Under the pieces are notes generated by a model. It saw only the letters and a list, made by a program, of their open reading frames with translations. It was not told where the DNA came from and searched no databases. A DNA stretch of 64,000 bases from Octopus sinensis (lineage: Eukaryota): contig NC_042998.1 of NCBI RefSeq assembly GCF_006345805.1, positions 122,016,001-122,080,000 on the forward strand, written 5' to 3'. Position numbers and translations under genes: made by a program. Positions 1-13,346 of this stretch are shown here, piece after piece. Numbering within the stretch: the stretch's first letter is position 1; every line of letters starts with the position of its first letter.

Positions 1-917
1 AAAGAAAAAACTATTTTCTTATTCTGTAAAAAAAAAAAAAAAAAAGAAAAATCTTTACCATACTTTAAATTCGAATGCCATATTAGAAAAAGTTACCATG
101 AATATTTTAGCAATTAATCTTGTCATTAAAAAATATAACATGTCACAAAACCGGAGCCAATTTCAGGCTAAGGTTCTATTCCCATTGGATTGGTAGCAGA
201 ATATAAAACTTCAGAAACTTCTTGCATTAAATAATCTCAATGTGGCAATACCTCATATTTTGAAACTTTATAAAGAGCTGAAATATTGGAAATCTGTTCA
301 GAATAACCCAATGTGCACATTAATATCATTTGAATGAAATACCTGGCACCTATCTGTCACTAACAAGGTTTTGTTCATGTTCTAGCATTAACACATACTG
401 CTTTTCACTCAACACTATTATTATCACTAGGGATGTTTGGTTTCCACCATAAAACTACAAAAATACCAAGTAAAGATTAATGGAAAACTAATGCAAACAG
501 CTACAAAACATGTACCCTTCCTCTCTTTCGAAAATAAACAGATAAAAAAAACCCTCTAATTGCCATAGGCCAGCTATGAGAAACACTGATACAGAGTACT
601 GTCAGTATATTACAAAATATGCAACCAAAGCAAAACATTGCTCCCACCTAGGGTCCACAGAGCTGCACTCAGTAGTGCAATAAAAGTAATACTATTTCAT
701 GATGATTATGATGATGATAATGATATAATGATTTCTTAGGTTGGTGCACGTTACATGGCAAGTTTTATATATATATATATGCAAGTTATATATATATATA
801 TATATATACAAGTTAAAATGGTTTGAGAAGTTGATGTGTTCTTTCTGTGAATGTGAAGTCTGAGCAACAGGATTGTCAATAAATGGCAATTGTCTTCTTT
901 ATAGTACTGAAATAATA

Positions 918-1520
918 CATCATCATCATCCCATTCATTTTACATCCAGTTTTCAATGCTTGCATGAACTGGATGGGTCTTCTCCATCACAGTATTTTAC
1001 TTGTCAGCCTTTTCATGAAATTTGGTATTCTATGATACTTCTTTGTCCTAGTTTTTCTCTTAGTCCATTTGTGCTCTGCCATTCATGTTACATTAACATT
1101 TACACATCAAGCAGAAAATGCTCACCTCATTTCTTTCCAGTTTTGCACATCCTCATCTACTTCTCATATTTCACAACCATACAACACCGCACTCAGAAAA
1201 TAAGCATCATACAATATGACATTCATTCAAGAGTGAAAATCCTTTTGTTATTAAGAGGTAATAGCTCCTGAAACTTTCCCCATCCTGTTCTTATTTACTT
1301 CAGAGGTGCTTTGACTGCTAACTACACCTGCGCATTTGCTATATATAGTCTTCAGTCAGCTAGTTTGTGATCCCACTGTCTTCTTGTGCACTTGTAGATT
1401 CCACTGGGTACACTGTATGAAATTCCTACCTAGTCTTTTTCTGCATTTTGAATAAGTATGGCAGCAGAGTCCTGTCTTTTCACTAAGCAGAATTTTTGTT
1501 TTTGCTATGCTTGTTCAGGA
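918..1520 (-). mobile_element. Degraded RTE-clade LINE, 3' part of ORF2 plus 3' tail
   Basis: Minus-strand frame-shifted translation gives RTE-like segments SIAKTKILLS, GRNFIQCTQ..VHK..SGIT (Cys/His motif), FQELLPLLITKGFSL, VLYGCE, LERNEVSIFCLMCK and EKTHPVHAS. It ends in a (GAT)n tail seen as catcatcatc at 918-930. Multiple stops and frameshifts. Confidence 0.85.
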
Positions 1521-1576
1521 AAATTAATTCTATAATGCTGCAGGACTTGTCAGTATGATAGACAATACAGAACTAC

Positions 1577-1871
1577 CTGACAGACACTACAATTCTAGGT
1601 TTCAGTAAGAGTGGTTCATATTTACAGACATTACTGTTTGCATTATTAAAGTGTGAGCTGAAAGCAGATGTTCTAAAGGGATAGTTAACTTCAATAATTG
1701 TGTGACAGGTTGGGATAAGGTCTGTAAAGCTTATAGTCATGTATATGTCAAAGACAGTGGGATCCTGATTTCCTTCATCTGTAACATCATAAGTCAATAC
1801 GGGTTCCTCAAAGTGGCTGCTCAACATACTAGAAAAAGTAGCTAAATCCTTTTCAAATTCCACCCAGCAGT
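1577..1871 (-). CDS. Candidate coding exon of unknown protein (DCWVEFEKDLATFSS...KPRIVVSV)
   Basis: About 98 stop-free codons with protein-like composition, bounded by catttttctaag| and AG|gtagtt. A stronger acceptor at 1924 has stops in this frame. No family recognised, and ORFs this long arise by chance in 64 kb. Confidence 0.3.
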
Positions 1872-2129
1872 CTTAGAAAAATGGAAAGCCAATTTGGAAA
1901 ATATGGTTACAGATACATTATGTCTGGAAGAAACAAAATAAAATGAAACTAAAAAAACAGAGGTGGGGGGTTCAAAGCTGGACCACCTTTAACGATAGGT
2001 CAGCTTGATCAGAGCTGATCTGGAATTAAATGAGAAAAAACAATAAGCTGAGTAGAGACTTAATAACCATCATTGGTTGTGGATCTAAAGAAGTGAAGGA
2101 GGTTTTTGTCTCAAACAAATCTGTCAATT

Positions 2130-2165
<36 letters not shown>

Positions 2166-3269
2166 GGAGAGAGAGAGAGAGATGTATGTCTGTATGCAGA
2201 ATAGAGAGTGGTGATATGGCATGTTGGATGCCTCCAATCTCTATCCTCTAGATTTCATGTCAGGAAATCTAAAAGATGGACAAGGGAAGTGAGGAAGTGT
2301 TTAGAGAACAGAAGAGAGTGAAGGAAGTTTAGAGTAGAAGTAATGTAGGTATGAGTCTGTAAGAGCATGAGAGAGATATATTGAGAAAGAGAGAGAGATA
2401 GATAGATAGATAGAGAGAGGATGAATGTATGAGTGAGTATGTGTATATATATATACATACACATGCGCATATGTACATATACATATAGTTATAAAGAAAG
2501 GCAGAGAAAGATAGTGGTGAGTGAGAACACGTACCTGTTATATCAAACCTAGAAAAACAGACTTGGAAAACAAAACTAAAAAAAAAAAACAAAAAAAAAC
2601 AAAAACAAAATATCTAAATAAATAAAATGAATTTTGCTGATTTTTGTTTTACCCCCACCTTTTTCTTCTTAATTTCAATTTCCTTCAATTGCAAGAGAAG
2701 CCCTTTAGAAGTTCTGATTCCAATGATCAGAAGAAAACGCGAGAAATCAACAACAAAAGCAACATCTCAAAGAAAAACAGCACACAAAACAGCTCCACCA
2801 CCACCACCACCGCCTAACGACAACAACAACAGCAAAAACAAAAATCATCTAAATTTAATTTCTCTTACTTTGCTTTCCTGCATTTTACTTTATGACATTA
2901 GCTGCTCCTGATCTTCCCACCTTTGTTCTGCTTTCTGTCGATAGCTAAAGTAATTGAGTAACACGTCCACGGCTGCATTAAGACAATTTGATAAGCTACG
3001 AATGATGTAGAGCACTAATTTGCTGTGCAAGAGCGTGATGTCATGGGTTCATCAATTAAAATAAGTAAGAAGACATTGGTGTGCAGAGAGAGGAATGCTA
3101 TATGATAATAATTATGAAATGTATATATGCAACTAGAGAGATGTACTTATGTGTCAGGAATCCGCAAAGCGATCTTTCCCAGGGATCAGTTATAATAATA
3201 TTTTGATATAAAGATGCTTACTGTTTGAGACCATTAGAATGGCAACATCTACTATATTTAACAATTTTG

Positions 3270-3310
<41 letters not shown>

Positions 3311-3339
3311 ATAATAATAATAATATAATAATAATAATG

Positions 3340-3546
3340 ATTCTTTCTACTATCGGCACAAAGCCTGAAATTTCGGAGGAGGGAACAAGTTGATTACATC
3401 AACTCCAGTGCTTGACTGGTACTTATTTTATTGACCCTAAAAGGATGAAAGACAAAGTCGACCTTGGCAGAATTTACACTCAGAACATAAGGGCGGACAA
3501 AATGCCGCTAAGCTCAGTGTGCTAATGAATCTGCAGCTCACCACCT
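3340..3546 (-). mobile_element. SINE family B copy
   Basis: Reverse complement matches the family B copies at 61963-63275 (gcagattcattagc..gttctgagtgtaaattctgccaaggtcgactttgtctttcatcc..taagtaccagt). Confidence 0.8.
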
Positions 3547-3560
3547 TAATAATGATGATG

Positions 3561-3598
<38 letters not shown>

Positions 3599-3609
3599 TG
3601 TTGTTGTTG

Positions 3610-4430
3610 CTGTCATTGGATTTACCATGTTTAATTTAATGAAAGAAAACTCTCTTTGTCTCATTCATCCTTTTGGGGTCAATAAAATAAGTACCAGTTG
3701 AACACTGGGATTGATATAATCGATTTACCCGCTTCCTTCAACTTGTTGACCCTATGCCAAAATTTAAAATTAATAATGATAGCTTTTACTAATAAATAGT
3801 GATTTCTGGCATTTACCCAAGGCCCCAAAATTTTTAAATAGGTATAGTTGATTAAATTGGCCCTTTGGTACTTGACAAGCTGTTTATTTTACTTCATAGA
3901 TAAAAGGCAAAGTTGATCTTGGTGTGATTTCAACTCAGAATGTAAAGACCTGTAATTATATACTGTAAGGTGTTTTGTTGACTACTTTATTGATTCTGCC
4001 AAGATAACACCCTATTATTATCATTATTCATCATCATCGTTTAACGTCCGCTTTCCATGCTAGCATGGGTTGGACGAATTTGACTGAGGACTGGCGAACC
4101 AGATGGCTGCACCAGGCTCCAATCTTGATTTGGCAGAGTTTCAAAAGGTGGATGCCCTTCCTAACGCCAACCATTATTATTATTGCTATCATTATTATTA
4201 TTATTATTATTACCAACAACAACAACAACTTCTAAAACAGGCCCAAGGCCACAAATATAGAAAGAGGAGTATAAGTTGATTAAATTTATCCCCATCCCAG
4301 TGCTTGGCTGGTACTTTCTTTTATTGACCCTGAAAAGATGAACTAGATAGAATTTGAACTTATAATGTAATTAAACTCAGAACAGTAATTAAATATTGCA
4401 ACGCACTTTGTTTGATGCTCTAACGACTCC
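3610..4430. mobile_element. Cluster of degraded family B copies (both orientations) plus a family C fragment at 4020-4172
   Basis: Repeated ataagtaccag / ctggtactttc..ttgaccc motifs. The 4020-4172 segment is the reverse complement of the family C RTE-type tail (ccaacccatgctagcatggaaagcggacgttaaacgatgatg). Confidence 0.7.
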
Positions 4431-5882
4431 CATTCACTGACCTTTTATTAATAACTATTAACAATAACCACCACTGCCACCGTTGCCATCACCACCACAA
4501 CAGCAATAATAATAATAATAATAATATTTATCACAATGTGTCCAAGACAATAATTCCAAACACTTTGAAATGCTATTTAAGTCAAGGAATATACAAGAAG
4601 AGAAATAAGGAGAATCAGTTGTTTTTGTATGAAGTGCGGAGTTTTCTTTTTCATGTCAATTTTCATAAGTCATGCCACAAGACAGTTACACTCCTGCCAG
4701 TCTATATTACTAACATAAAATATATTAGAAACGTAGCAATAAAATGCCATAGTTTTCTTGTCTTCATCTTTTGGTGTCTTATCTTTTTGAGGTAAGTTAT
4801 TGAACTATTAACTTCAACTGTTGTGTTTACTATCTAATTCAGATGTATCAGCAAACAGCATACACAGGAGACAACAGCAGTAGACTGGACAGGTAATGTA
4901 AATTAATGACAGGTGCAAGGTGACAATAAGTATCCAGAGTTGAGAATGGAAGATAACAATGACAGAGGTAGATTAAAGAAGAAGACTTGGAAAGTTAAGT
5001 GAAGTTCTATTAGAGAATGAAAATCTCACAGAAAAGCTGACACAGGCCTGAAATCTATGTAAGATGTAGTATTGCAGATTTGTCCAACTCAAACCATACA
5101 CAACACAAACAATAAAATGTTGATGTTGAAGATGGTTACATTTTGAGAGTTCTGAGTTCAAACTGAGTCAAAGTCTGCAGAGGCACAAGAATAAATACAT
5201 ACACATGAGCATAGTACACTTGAAGATGATTGAATTTCATTAATCAAAAAGGTTTGGAAAAGCCCAATTTGTTCTTAGTATTACTTATTGGTGGGTCTAA
5301 GAGTAACCAAGTTAAAATAGCAGTAGTAGATTATTTTGTTATTCCAAGGACAACTTTTTTGTTTTTTTAATTACCTAAGTTACATGAGTAATCAAAACCA
5401 AACAGACTTTACTTAGTGAGAACATGCTACAAAAGGTAGGTGTCCACTGTATATGCTCACTAATACTATATAATGTAATACTGTAACATGATGAAAGACA
5501 AGTAAAGAATTAGCTGGATATAAAAAAAAACAACAAAAAAGACCCCCCTCCATAACAAAACAAAATAAAAAAACAAAAAAACAGAGAATACTGCAACAAA
5601 GTACAAGAAATGCTTTTCTGCACAACATGACTGGAAATGGTGTCTGTAAAGATAGATATTGTTTTTGCAGGCAGAGAAGTAAATTTCATTATGAGAAAAG
5701 GTTATTCTGAAATGAATGCAAGCTTCTGTGTGTATGTATGAGTGTGTGCGCATGCATGCGTGTGTAAATTCTCCAAAGTAAAACATTATTGATGTGATGT
5801 AGAAGTTTTCCATTGATCTCAGAGAGCTTTATTCTGCATGTATTCTATATGTGTGTAGTGTGAGCATATGTGTGTGTGTGTG

Positions 5883-5920
<38 letters not shown>

Positions 5921-6419
5921 GTAAAACATCTCTCTTATCACTCTCTTGTTGTCACCCCTACCACCGTTACCCGTTCTTCTAATGCCCTTACCTTTTTTTA
6001 TTTATGCCTCTAATGCTCATGCTTCTGCTGCTCATCTCTCAAACACTCTCATACCATCACAATCTCAAAGTGCTATGCTGTTGATAAAGAAGAGCAGTGG
6101 ATTGCTTCCAGTGTAACGAAGGATGTCCCTCAACATAACTGGCCCTCTTACTAAGACTCCACCATTCACATCCTTTTAACTCTAGCTTTCTCCCGATTTT
6201 GAGATATAAAATTAAGGACCTCATAAGACCCATATGTCCCTCATACACTCAACTTATACTTCCCACAAGCCATTTGGTACTGGCATCCATCATTCACTCT
6301 CACTGTTTAACCACCAATCATTTCTCTCTTACCATTCTCCTTTAGTGCTAGTTCCAGTTTATTCTAAGTGTAGTATCATGAGGGGCCTTAGTTAAAAAAC
6401 ATAATCAACTCCTTCACTC

Positions 6420-6600
6420 TTGGTGCTGTGAAAAAAGCACCCACTATATTCTGTAAAGTGGTTGGCATTAGGAAAGGTATCCAGCAGTAGACACCAAGCC
6501 AAAAATACACCTACAAGTGAGATGCGATCCCTTGATCCATGTAAGAGAGTAGAAATGACCCAACATGGAAAGCAGATGTAAACAATGACAGCGATGATAA
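6420..6600 (+). mobile_element. SINE family C copy (RTE-type tail)
   Basis: aaaaaagcaccc..gtggttggcattaggaaaggtatccagcagtag..catggaaagcagatgtaaac matches 13180-13346. Confidence 0.75.
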
Positions 6601-7935
6601 TATATATGCAAGTATGTGTGTGTAGAAGTAGCTTTTATTCCCGATGGCTTTAAACTGTGCTTTTGAATTACCTTGGTAGCTAAAATACCCCTCTAAGATG
6701 TGGCTTCTTGTCTGGAAAGTTGGGTATCCTCAACAAGCCCAACAATATGTGAAAAGGATACTGTACAAGCCAAAATAATTACTTGTCTTTCTGTGTTTAG
6801 AAGCATTCATCAAGAAGTTATCAGTCCAGAAGTTATCAGAGGGGACAATTAAAGTTAAGACATTCATGTGTTTCCTAACCCAAGGGCATTTGCACTGTAG
6901 TAAATGCAGTCATATATCTAGGTATAGTTCTGCTTGAGGTGGTCATTAAGCATGTGCTGCCCACCACTCCAGCCAGAAAGCACTTCATCATACTATATAT
7001 CAACTTTTCTTCCAAAAAGTGACACTTGGAGTAGACTGTCCCCTCCTCCAGCCTGTCTTACTTTCCCCCGCTTCTTTAGCTAAGCTAGAGGGTATCAGTG
7101 AAGTAGCCCCCATTAAGAATTGAACCTGTGTCACAGACTTGGTTCACCAAGAACACACTACTGCATTATAACACCTGCCACTTCTGCATATATTTAAAAA
7201 TCTGATACTAAATACACTCATTTTATATTTAGAGCAGATGAACAGATTGCTTTAGTTTTATGAAAACTTGTATTGACAGCTCAACGTATTGCTGTCATAG
7301 TGAATAGCTGAGAATTGAGTAACACTCCATTCCCAAGGCAATAAGAATAAGAGCTGTTTTCCCCACACTTTCATTCCTAATATATTTTTTCGTGTTGTTC
7401 ACACACACACACACACACACACACCACACACACACACACACACATTTGCACTTATACACACATTTATACACACAATTATAAAACATACCTTCTTACACAT
7501 ATATACCAATATATACACACTTGAATAAAAATACTATCTGGTACAGACTAAAATAAATGAAAGAGTCTAGACTTAGACTTATTCAGTCGTAAAGATCTTT
7601 GGGCAAATAATTAGGAATGTGTAAGCAAATGTTATATCCAGACTAAATCTTCACATTTTTATATTTGTGGCCATCAAGTCATTTGGGTATATAACTAAAT
7701 GACTCAAGATTAATCTTGAGAAGTTAGATTTTACAAGTAAGCACCTGAAATTGATTAAACAAACTACAAGTCCCTTAATGGGAGCTGCAGAAATATTCAA
7801 AACTCTTCTGAATTCTAACTTCTAATTTACAGAAACTGTTATCTATTCAACTCAGAAAAGCCTCTTAAGATTTGCTAGTTGGTGGTCAGTTCTTATCTTG
7901 GTCAAAAGAAAATGAAAACAAATTTCTAAAGGTCA

Positions 7936-7956
7936 TTACACAAACACACACACTCT

Positions 7957-7992
<36 letters not shown>

Positions 7993-8066
7993 AACACACA
8001 CACACACTCTTTCTCTCTATATATCTCTCACACACACATACACTCTTTCTCTCTCTATCTCACACA
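7936..8066. repeat. Compound (CA)n/(CT)n repeat, about 3 higher-order units
   Basis: Unit cacacacactctttctctct(a)t(c)t recurs three times. Confidence 0.85.
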
Positions 8067-8142
8067 TGCACAATGTTGTTTATATTTTGTTATTTTGATT
8101 GTTACAAAGCTCCTTTATTTTGAAGGAAATGAGAGATATCAT

Positions 8143-8300
8143 TGTCATCATCGTCATTATTTAACATATGCTTCCCATGCTGGCATGGGTTGGATGATTT
8201 GACAGGAGCTGGACTGCTGGAGAGCTGCCTAGGCTCCATTTGTAGGTTTTGGCATGGTTTCTACAGCTAGATGCCATTCCTAATGCCAACTACTTTACAG
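8143..8300 (-). mobile_element. SINE family C copy
   Basis: catcatcgtc..ttcccatgctggcatgggttggatg..gatgccattcctaatgccaac is the reverse complement of the family C tail. Confidence 0.8.
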
Positions 8301-10225
8301 AGCATAGTGTGACATCTATGTCTTCCTCAAGATAAGTAGTGAAATAAAATGATTCCAAGTGTTTCACACCACACACACACACACAAACGTGTGGTTGATT
8401 TATCATGTTGGTACATATCAGAAGGATCAGAGTATAGTTATCAACTATACTGCATTTCTGGGATTTTTTTGCGATTAATATTAGTGGACATTGAGATTGA
8501 TATTGCCTTGGTTGAATTTGAAAACAGAATGCAGAAGGAAGACATTATACTATATTGTAAAGAAACCTAATCAAGTGTTCTATCATTTTTGCTACCATAT
8601 GTACATATACTTTGGCAGATCAGCTCTTTCAGACTAGCATTCAAATCAAGATTTACTTCGACAGTGATCATCTAGTAGGAAGGGGGTGAAGAATGTAGCC
8701 TCTATGTAGCGGCCTGACCTTCAAGAAATAACAGTCAAATCACCCCTAAATCACATTCCACCATTTAAAAAAAAAATGTGGCATAGGCATTAAATATGTA
8801 CTCTAACCAATGAGAGAGCCTCTATGCATCACACACAACCTTAAATCAAATTTAAATCATATCTTAACAGCTTCAGTAGAAAAGAGACAGTGGATACTAA
8901 CTATGTCTGAAAAATAAAGACAAGAAGATCACAGCTGGAATGCCTTTAGTCATAAGTCTGCTGGATCAAGGTTTATTTGGGGCCAACTAACAAAGACACC
9001 CATTCCTATCATAAAAAAAACAAAAGCAAGAACTACATATATGTGTATTTGTTTGTATGCATGCGTGCATCTGTTTGCCTGAGTGTGTTTGTGATATGAG
9101 TGTTTGTAACTGCATATATAATTTGCATGTTTTTGTGTATGTATCTTTCTGTGTGCATTTGTATATCTATGTATGCATACTGTAAATTCTGTGCGTGAGT
9201 GTATGTGTATGCATATTTATGTATTTTTGTGCATTTGTGTGTGTGTGCGCATGTGTATCAATTCTTTGTATTTATGCATGAGATGTTATGCTCATGGAGA
9301 TGAATACATATTTGATTGTTACGCATGAATGTACACTTCTATAAGTGTATGCAACATACAGTGTGTGCATTAGTATGTGCATCTGTATGTAGCTATGCAT
9401 ATTTAGAAGTGAATATGCATTTATACAGTGCATGCTTATAATTTGAGTATGTACAGTCAGTTTTATGCATTGCTGCTATTCCCTAGCACCCCCACCACAT
9501 ATTTTTTCGTGTATCTGGGACTACGTTATACAATGTGCACTTCATTTTATAAAGACCATAAGATGTGATCTGAGTGAGATTTGGCTGCTATTTCAAGCTG
9601 GTTAAATAACCATATAAAGATACAGGCTCCCTGAATGGCTCTTGCGAATGGTGTATATGTACAAGTTTATGGCACAAGAAAGTACATGCATCTGGTTGTA
9701 TTTTCTTTTGTGTGTGTTTGTAAGCATGTTCCAAATTAGAAGTAATGGAATAAAAGACAAGAATGATACCGGAGAGGGAGAGAAAGGAAAATACCATCTG
9801 CTTGGGAAAACTTACATGTAGGAATAGGGGAAAATATGGCTGACAAAAGCTTATTAAAAATGATGCTGTTTAGTTACAGGATAGCTATGATGGTGTCAAA
9901 GACATTCCAGCTATGGCCACCATGCCTTTCTCTTGAACATGATGTAATTAAGATGATTATCCAAAACGACTCACCTTCTTCAAAACTGGTGTAATGTGAA
10001 GGAGCTGTAGCTGCTCTTTCTAGCAGTTCACATGACCATGTACAGGCCCCTTCGTTAACAGATGAATGTCGCTGTTGCTGCTGTTAAGCCTTGAGCTAGC
10101 TATGATCAAGCAGCCATATGATCATTATGATCAAAGACATTCCAAACCATGACCATCTTGTCATTCTTTGAAATGTGGTGTAACTGAGACTATGATATCC
10201 AAAGTAACCAAAATGTGAACTGACT

Positions 10226-10592
10226 TTCTTTCTTTTCTTTTACTTGTTTCAGTCATTTGACTGCGGCCATGCTGGAGCACCGCCTTTAGTCGAGCAAATC
10301 GACCCCGGGACTTATTCTTTGTAAGCCCAGTACTTATTCTATCGGTCTCTTTTTGCCGAACCGCTAAGTGACGGGGATGTAAACACACCAGCACACAAAC
10401 ACACACACATATATATATATACATATATACGACAGGCTTCTTTCAGTTTCCGTCAACCAAATCCACTCACAAGGCATTGGTCAGCCCGGGGCTATAGCAG
10501 AAGACACTTGCCCAAGATGCCACGCAGTGGGACTGAACCCGGAACCATGTGGTTGGTTAGCAAGCTACTTACCACACAGCCACTCCTGCGCC
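10226..10592 (-). mobile_element. Full-length tRNA-derived SINE family A, young copy
   Basis: Near-identical in reverse to 26744-27140. Has a head with A/B-box-like motifs (TGGCTGTGTGG; GGTTCAGTCCC), an internal TA/CA microsatellite and intact CpGs. Confidence 0.9.
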
Positions 10593-11008
10593 TTGACTGC
10601 TTCAAGACAGTAGAGTCTAAATTAAATAAATTTTGGTTGCTATTTCTGGCAGACTGAGCGACTATGTAGAGGACCTGTTATTAACTTAAGAGGGTTGTTG
10701 TTGCTACTGTTAAACCTCGAGTCAACAGCAAACAAGCAGATATACAATCAAAGGCTTTCTAGCAATGAGAATTTTGTTGAGACCCACTGCTGTAGAAACT
10801 TCCTTGAGGGAATAGATGTTGGTGCCTAGAGTGGGTGGTAGTAAGACAAAGAATGAAGAAGTATACAAGCAAGATAAACAAAATGAACAACAACACAAAC
10901 AACAAAAACAACAGCATCAGTATACAAAAATGCAAAAACAAAGCCCAGTGAGCAACATAGCATACATAGAAGCAAACTGAATAATACCAACTACAAGAAA
11001 AAATATAA

Positions 11009-11370
11009 GGCATAGCTGAATGGTTAAGAAGTTTGCTTTGCAATCATGTGGTTCCGGGTTCAGTCTCATTGTGCAGTACCCTGAGCCAGTGTCTTCTTCT
11101 ATACCCCTGTGTTGATACAATAACTTATAAGTGAATTTGGTAGACGGAAACTGAAAGAAGCCTGTTGTGTATGTGTGTGCATGTGTCCTTGGGTTGAACT
11201 CTTACCACCTGACAACCAGTGTTGGTTTGTTTATGTCCCCGATCTAACTTAGTGGTTCAGTAAAAAGAGACTGATAGAATAAGTACTGGAGTTGATTTGT
11301 TCAACTAAAACCAACAAAGCAGGGCTCCAGCCTGGGCACAGTCCAATGAGTGAAACAAGAAAAAGAATAG
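11009..11370 (+). mobile_element. SINE family A, diverged
   Basis: ggttccgggttcagtc..gtgtcttct..ggtagacggaaactgaaagaag..gatagaataagtact..tgaaacaag. Confidence 0.8.
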
Positions 11371-11754
11371 AAGAACACCAGAACTAGAATAATAGTATAG
11401 TAATATTGTAATTATGAAGTTTAAGAACAGTTAAGAACAGGTATAAATATAAAACAGAAAATTTTTCTTTAAAAATCTTAAAAAAGCAAAGACAAAAAAA
11501 AAGAAAAAAAAGTTAAATAACAAAATAAAGAAAAAAGTAAAATAATAATAATAATAATAGCTACAACAACAACAACAATTTTAAGTTCACCAAGTAAATG
11601 AAACAAATAAAAATAATAGTAAAACTCACAACAATGAACATTTTGGACCAGAAATCCGACTGAGTGTAAAAAGAAGAGAGAACTGATGGAAGTTTTGGTA
11701 AAAGAGATTAATTTATGAGACATTCTTATGAGATTGGAGATTACAAGCCCAGAT

Positions 11755-12509
11755 TTTTATGTGCAGATGTGTGTGTGTATGTATGTGGGTAAATATATAT
11801 GTATGTATACACACACACATATACATATATTAATATGTATATAGCATATATATACATATTTATATTCATATGCATGTGTATATATGTGTGTGTGTGTATA
11901 TGTAAACATACATATATTTATAAATATTTTGAGAGAAATGATCATGTGTATGCACACACACATACAGAAACTCACAAAAACATGAATACATATAAATGTG
12001 TCTATAAAAACTATATATAGCATTATAATGTATGATCAATGTATGTGTATATGTGTGTGACTGTGAGTGGTATTTACTTTTATAGAAGTATGTATAAAGA
12101 TGTGCACTCAGGAACATACATGCATACAAATACACATAAACACATGCATGTATCACAGATACATACATACATACATACATGCATACATACAAGGGTGGCA
12201 AAGAGAAATTGAGAAAGTTGAATAGGAAAAATATAACATAATTCTACAAACATGTATGTATACAAGAGTGAAAGTATTTGATTAAAATGAACATCCACAT
12301 CTATATACACACCTTTATATGTATGTATACATGACTCTACAAATGTTTAGATTAGATGTTTATGTATTTATTAAAATATATATCTGTATCAGTACGTTCG
12401 TGACTACATATGCATATTACAGACTTATATTCACATAGTTATTTATATAGATACAAAGCTAAAAAGACATATACATGGAACAGTATACAAATGTACATCT
12501 CTCTCATAC

Positions 12510-12540
<31 letters not shown>

Positions 12541-12906
12541 CATAAACATAAACATACACACTCATGTAAATATGTGCATGAACACACACACACATATCTG
12601 AATACATATATACGTACAACTTGCAGCAAATATTTAATAGTTTCTTTATGTGATATATTTCAAGTCCATTCCACTTGCTTGTTAAATTCACATAGACATA
12701 ATGTCATAGTACCGTCTAACTGCTGAGTTGCACACTCTCAGTGATTAAATATCTTGCTTAGATGAACTAAAATTGTAATGCCTAGATCCATATGCACTTT
12801 TCTGCTTACTACTTATAGATATACATACATTCATATAGTATATAGAAATATATATACTATACACGTACAATATATATATGCATATATATTGACGTATATA
12901 AATATA

Positions 12907-12948
<42 letters not shown>

Positions 12949-12972
12949 AATATATATATTATATATATATAT
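11755..12972. repeat. Large degenerate TA/CA microsatellite field
   Basis: About 1.2 kb mostly of (TA)n, (TG)n and (CATA)n. Source of many overlapping YI/HT/VC ORFs. Confidence 0.9.
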
Positions 12973-12975
12973 AAT

Positions 12976-13346
12976 GGGCACGTAACAAACACCATCCGAT
13001 TGTGGCCGTTTGCCAGCCTCATCTGGCACCTGTGTCGGTGGCACATAAAAACACCATCCGAGCGTGGCCGTCTGCCAGCCTCGTCTGGCACCTGTGTCGG
13101 TGGCACATAAAAAAAAACACCATCCGAGCGTGGCCGTTTGCCAGCCTCGTCTGGCACCTGTGTCGGTGGCACATAAAATCACCCACTACACTCTCGGAGT
13201 GGTTGGCGTTAGGAAGGGCATCCAGCAGTAGAAACACTGCCAGATCTGACTGGACTGGTGCAGCTTTCGGGCTCCCCAGACCCCAGTTGAACCGTCCAAC
13301 CCATGCTAGCATGGAAAGCGGACGTTAAATGATGATGATGATGATG
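12976..13346 (+). mobile_element. Young family C element with internal ~60-bp unit x3 and (GAT)n tail
   Basis: aaacaccatccgagcgtggccgtttgccagcctcgtctggcacctgtgtcggtggcacat occurs three times, followed by ttggcgttaggaagggcatccagc..catggaaagcggacgttaaatgatgatg. Confidence 0.9.

Noticed and set aside
873-1271. 132-aa plus-strand ORF
   Set aside because: Antisense to the RTE LINE relic.
2627-2911. ORF with a PPPPPPP tract
   Set aside because: Built from A-rich sequence and CCA/AAC microsatellites.
5950-6350. GC-elevated segment possibly from a LINE 5' region
   Set aside because: No recognisable protein motif in any frame I translated; cannot classify.
6801-6921. Other short AG..GT-bounded open frames (also 39968-39999, 44781-44858, 49006-49049)
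   Set aside because: Short, no recognisable homology, and within chance expectation.
8431-8451. Perfect 9-bp hairpin
   Set aside because: Several are expected by chance in 64 kb of AT-rich DNA.
12985-13180. 60-bp repeats as a CRISPR array or HDV-like ribozyme
   Set aside because: No unique spacers and a eukaryotic context. CCAGCCTCGTCTGG resembles HDV P3/L3, but I could not build P1 or P2.
11757-13182. Many overlapping YI/HT/VC ORFs (also at 30.1-30.6, 37.0-37.5 and 54.9-55.2 kb)
   Set aside because: Dinucleotide microsatellites lack stop codons in most frames.
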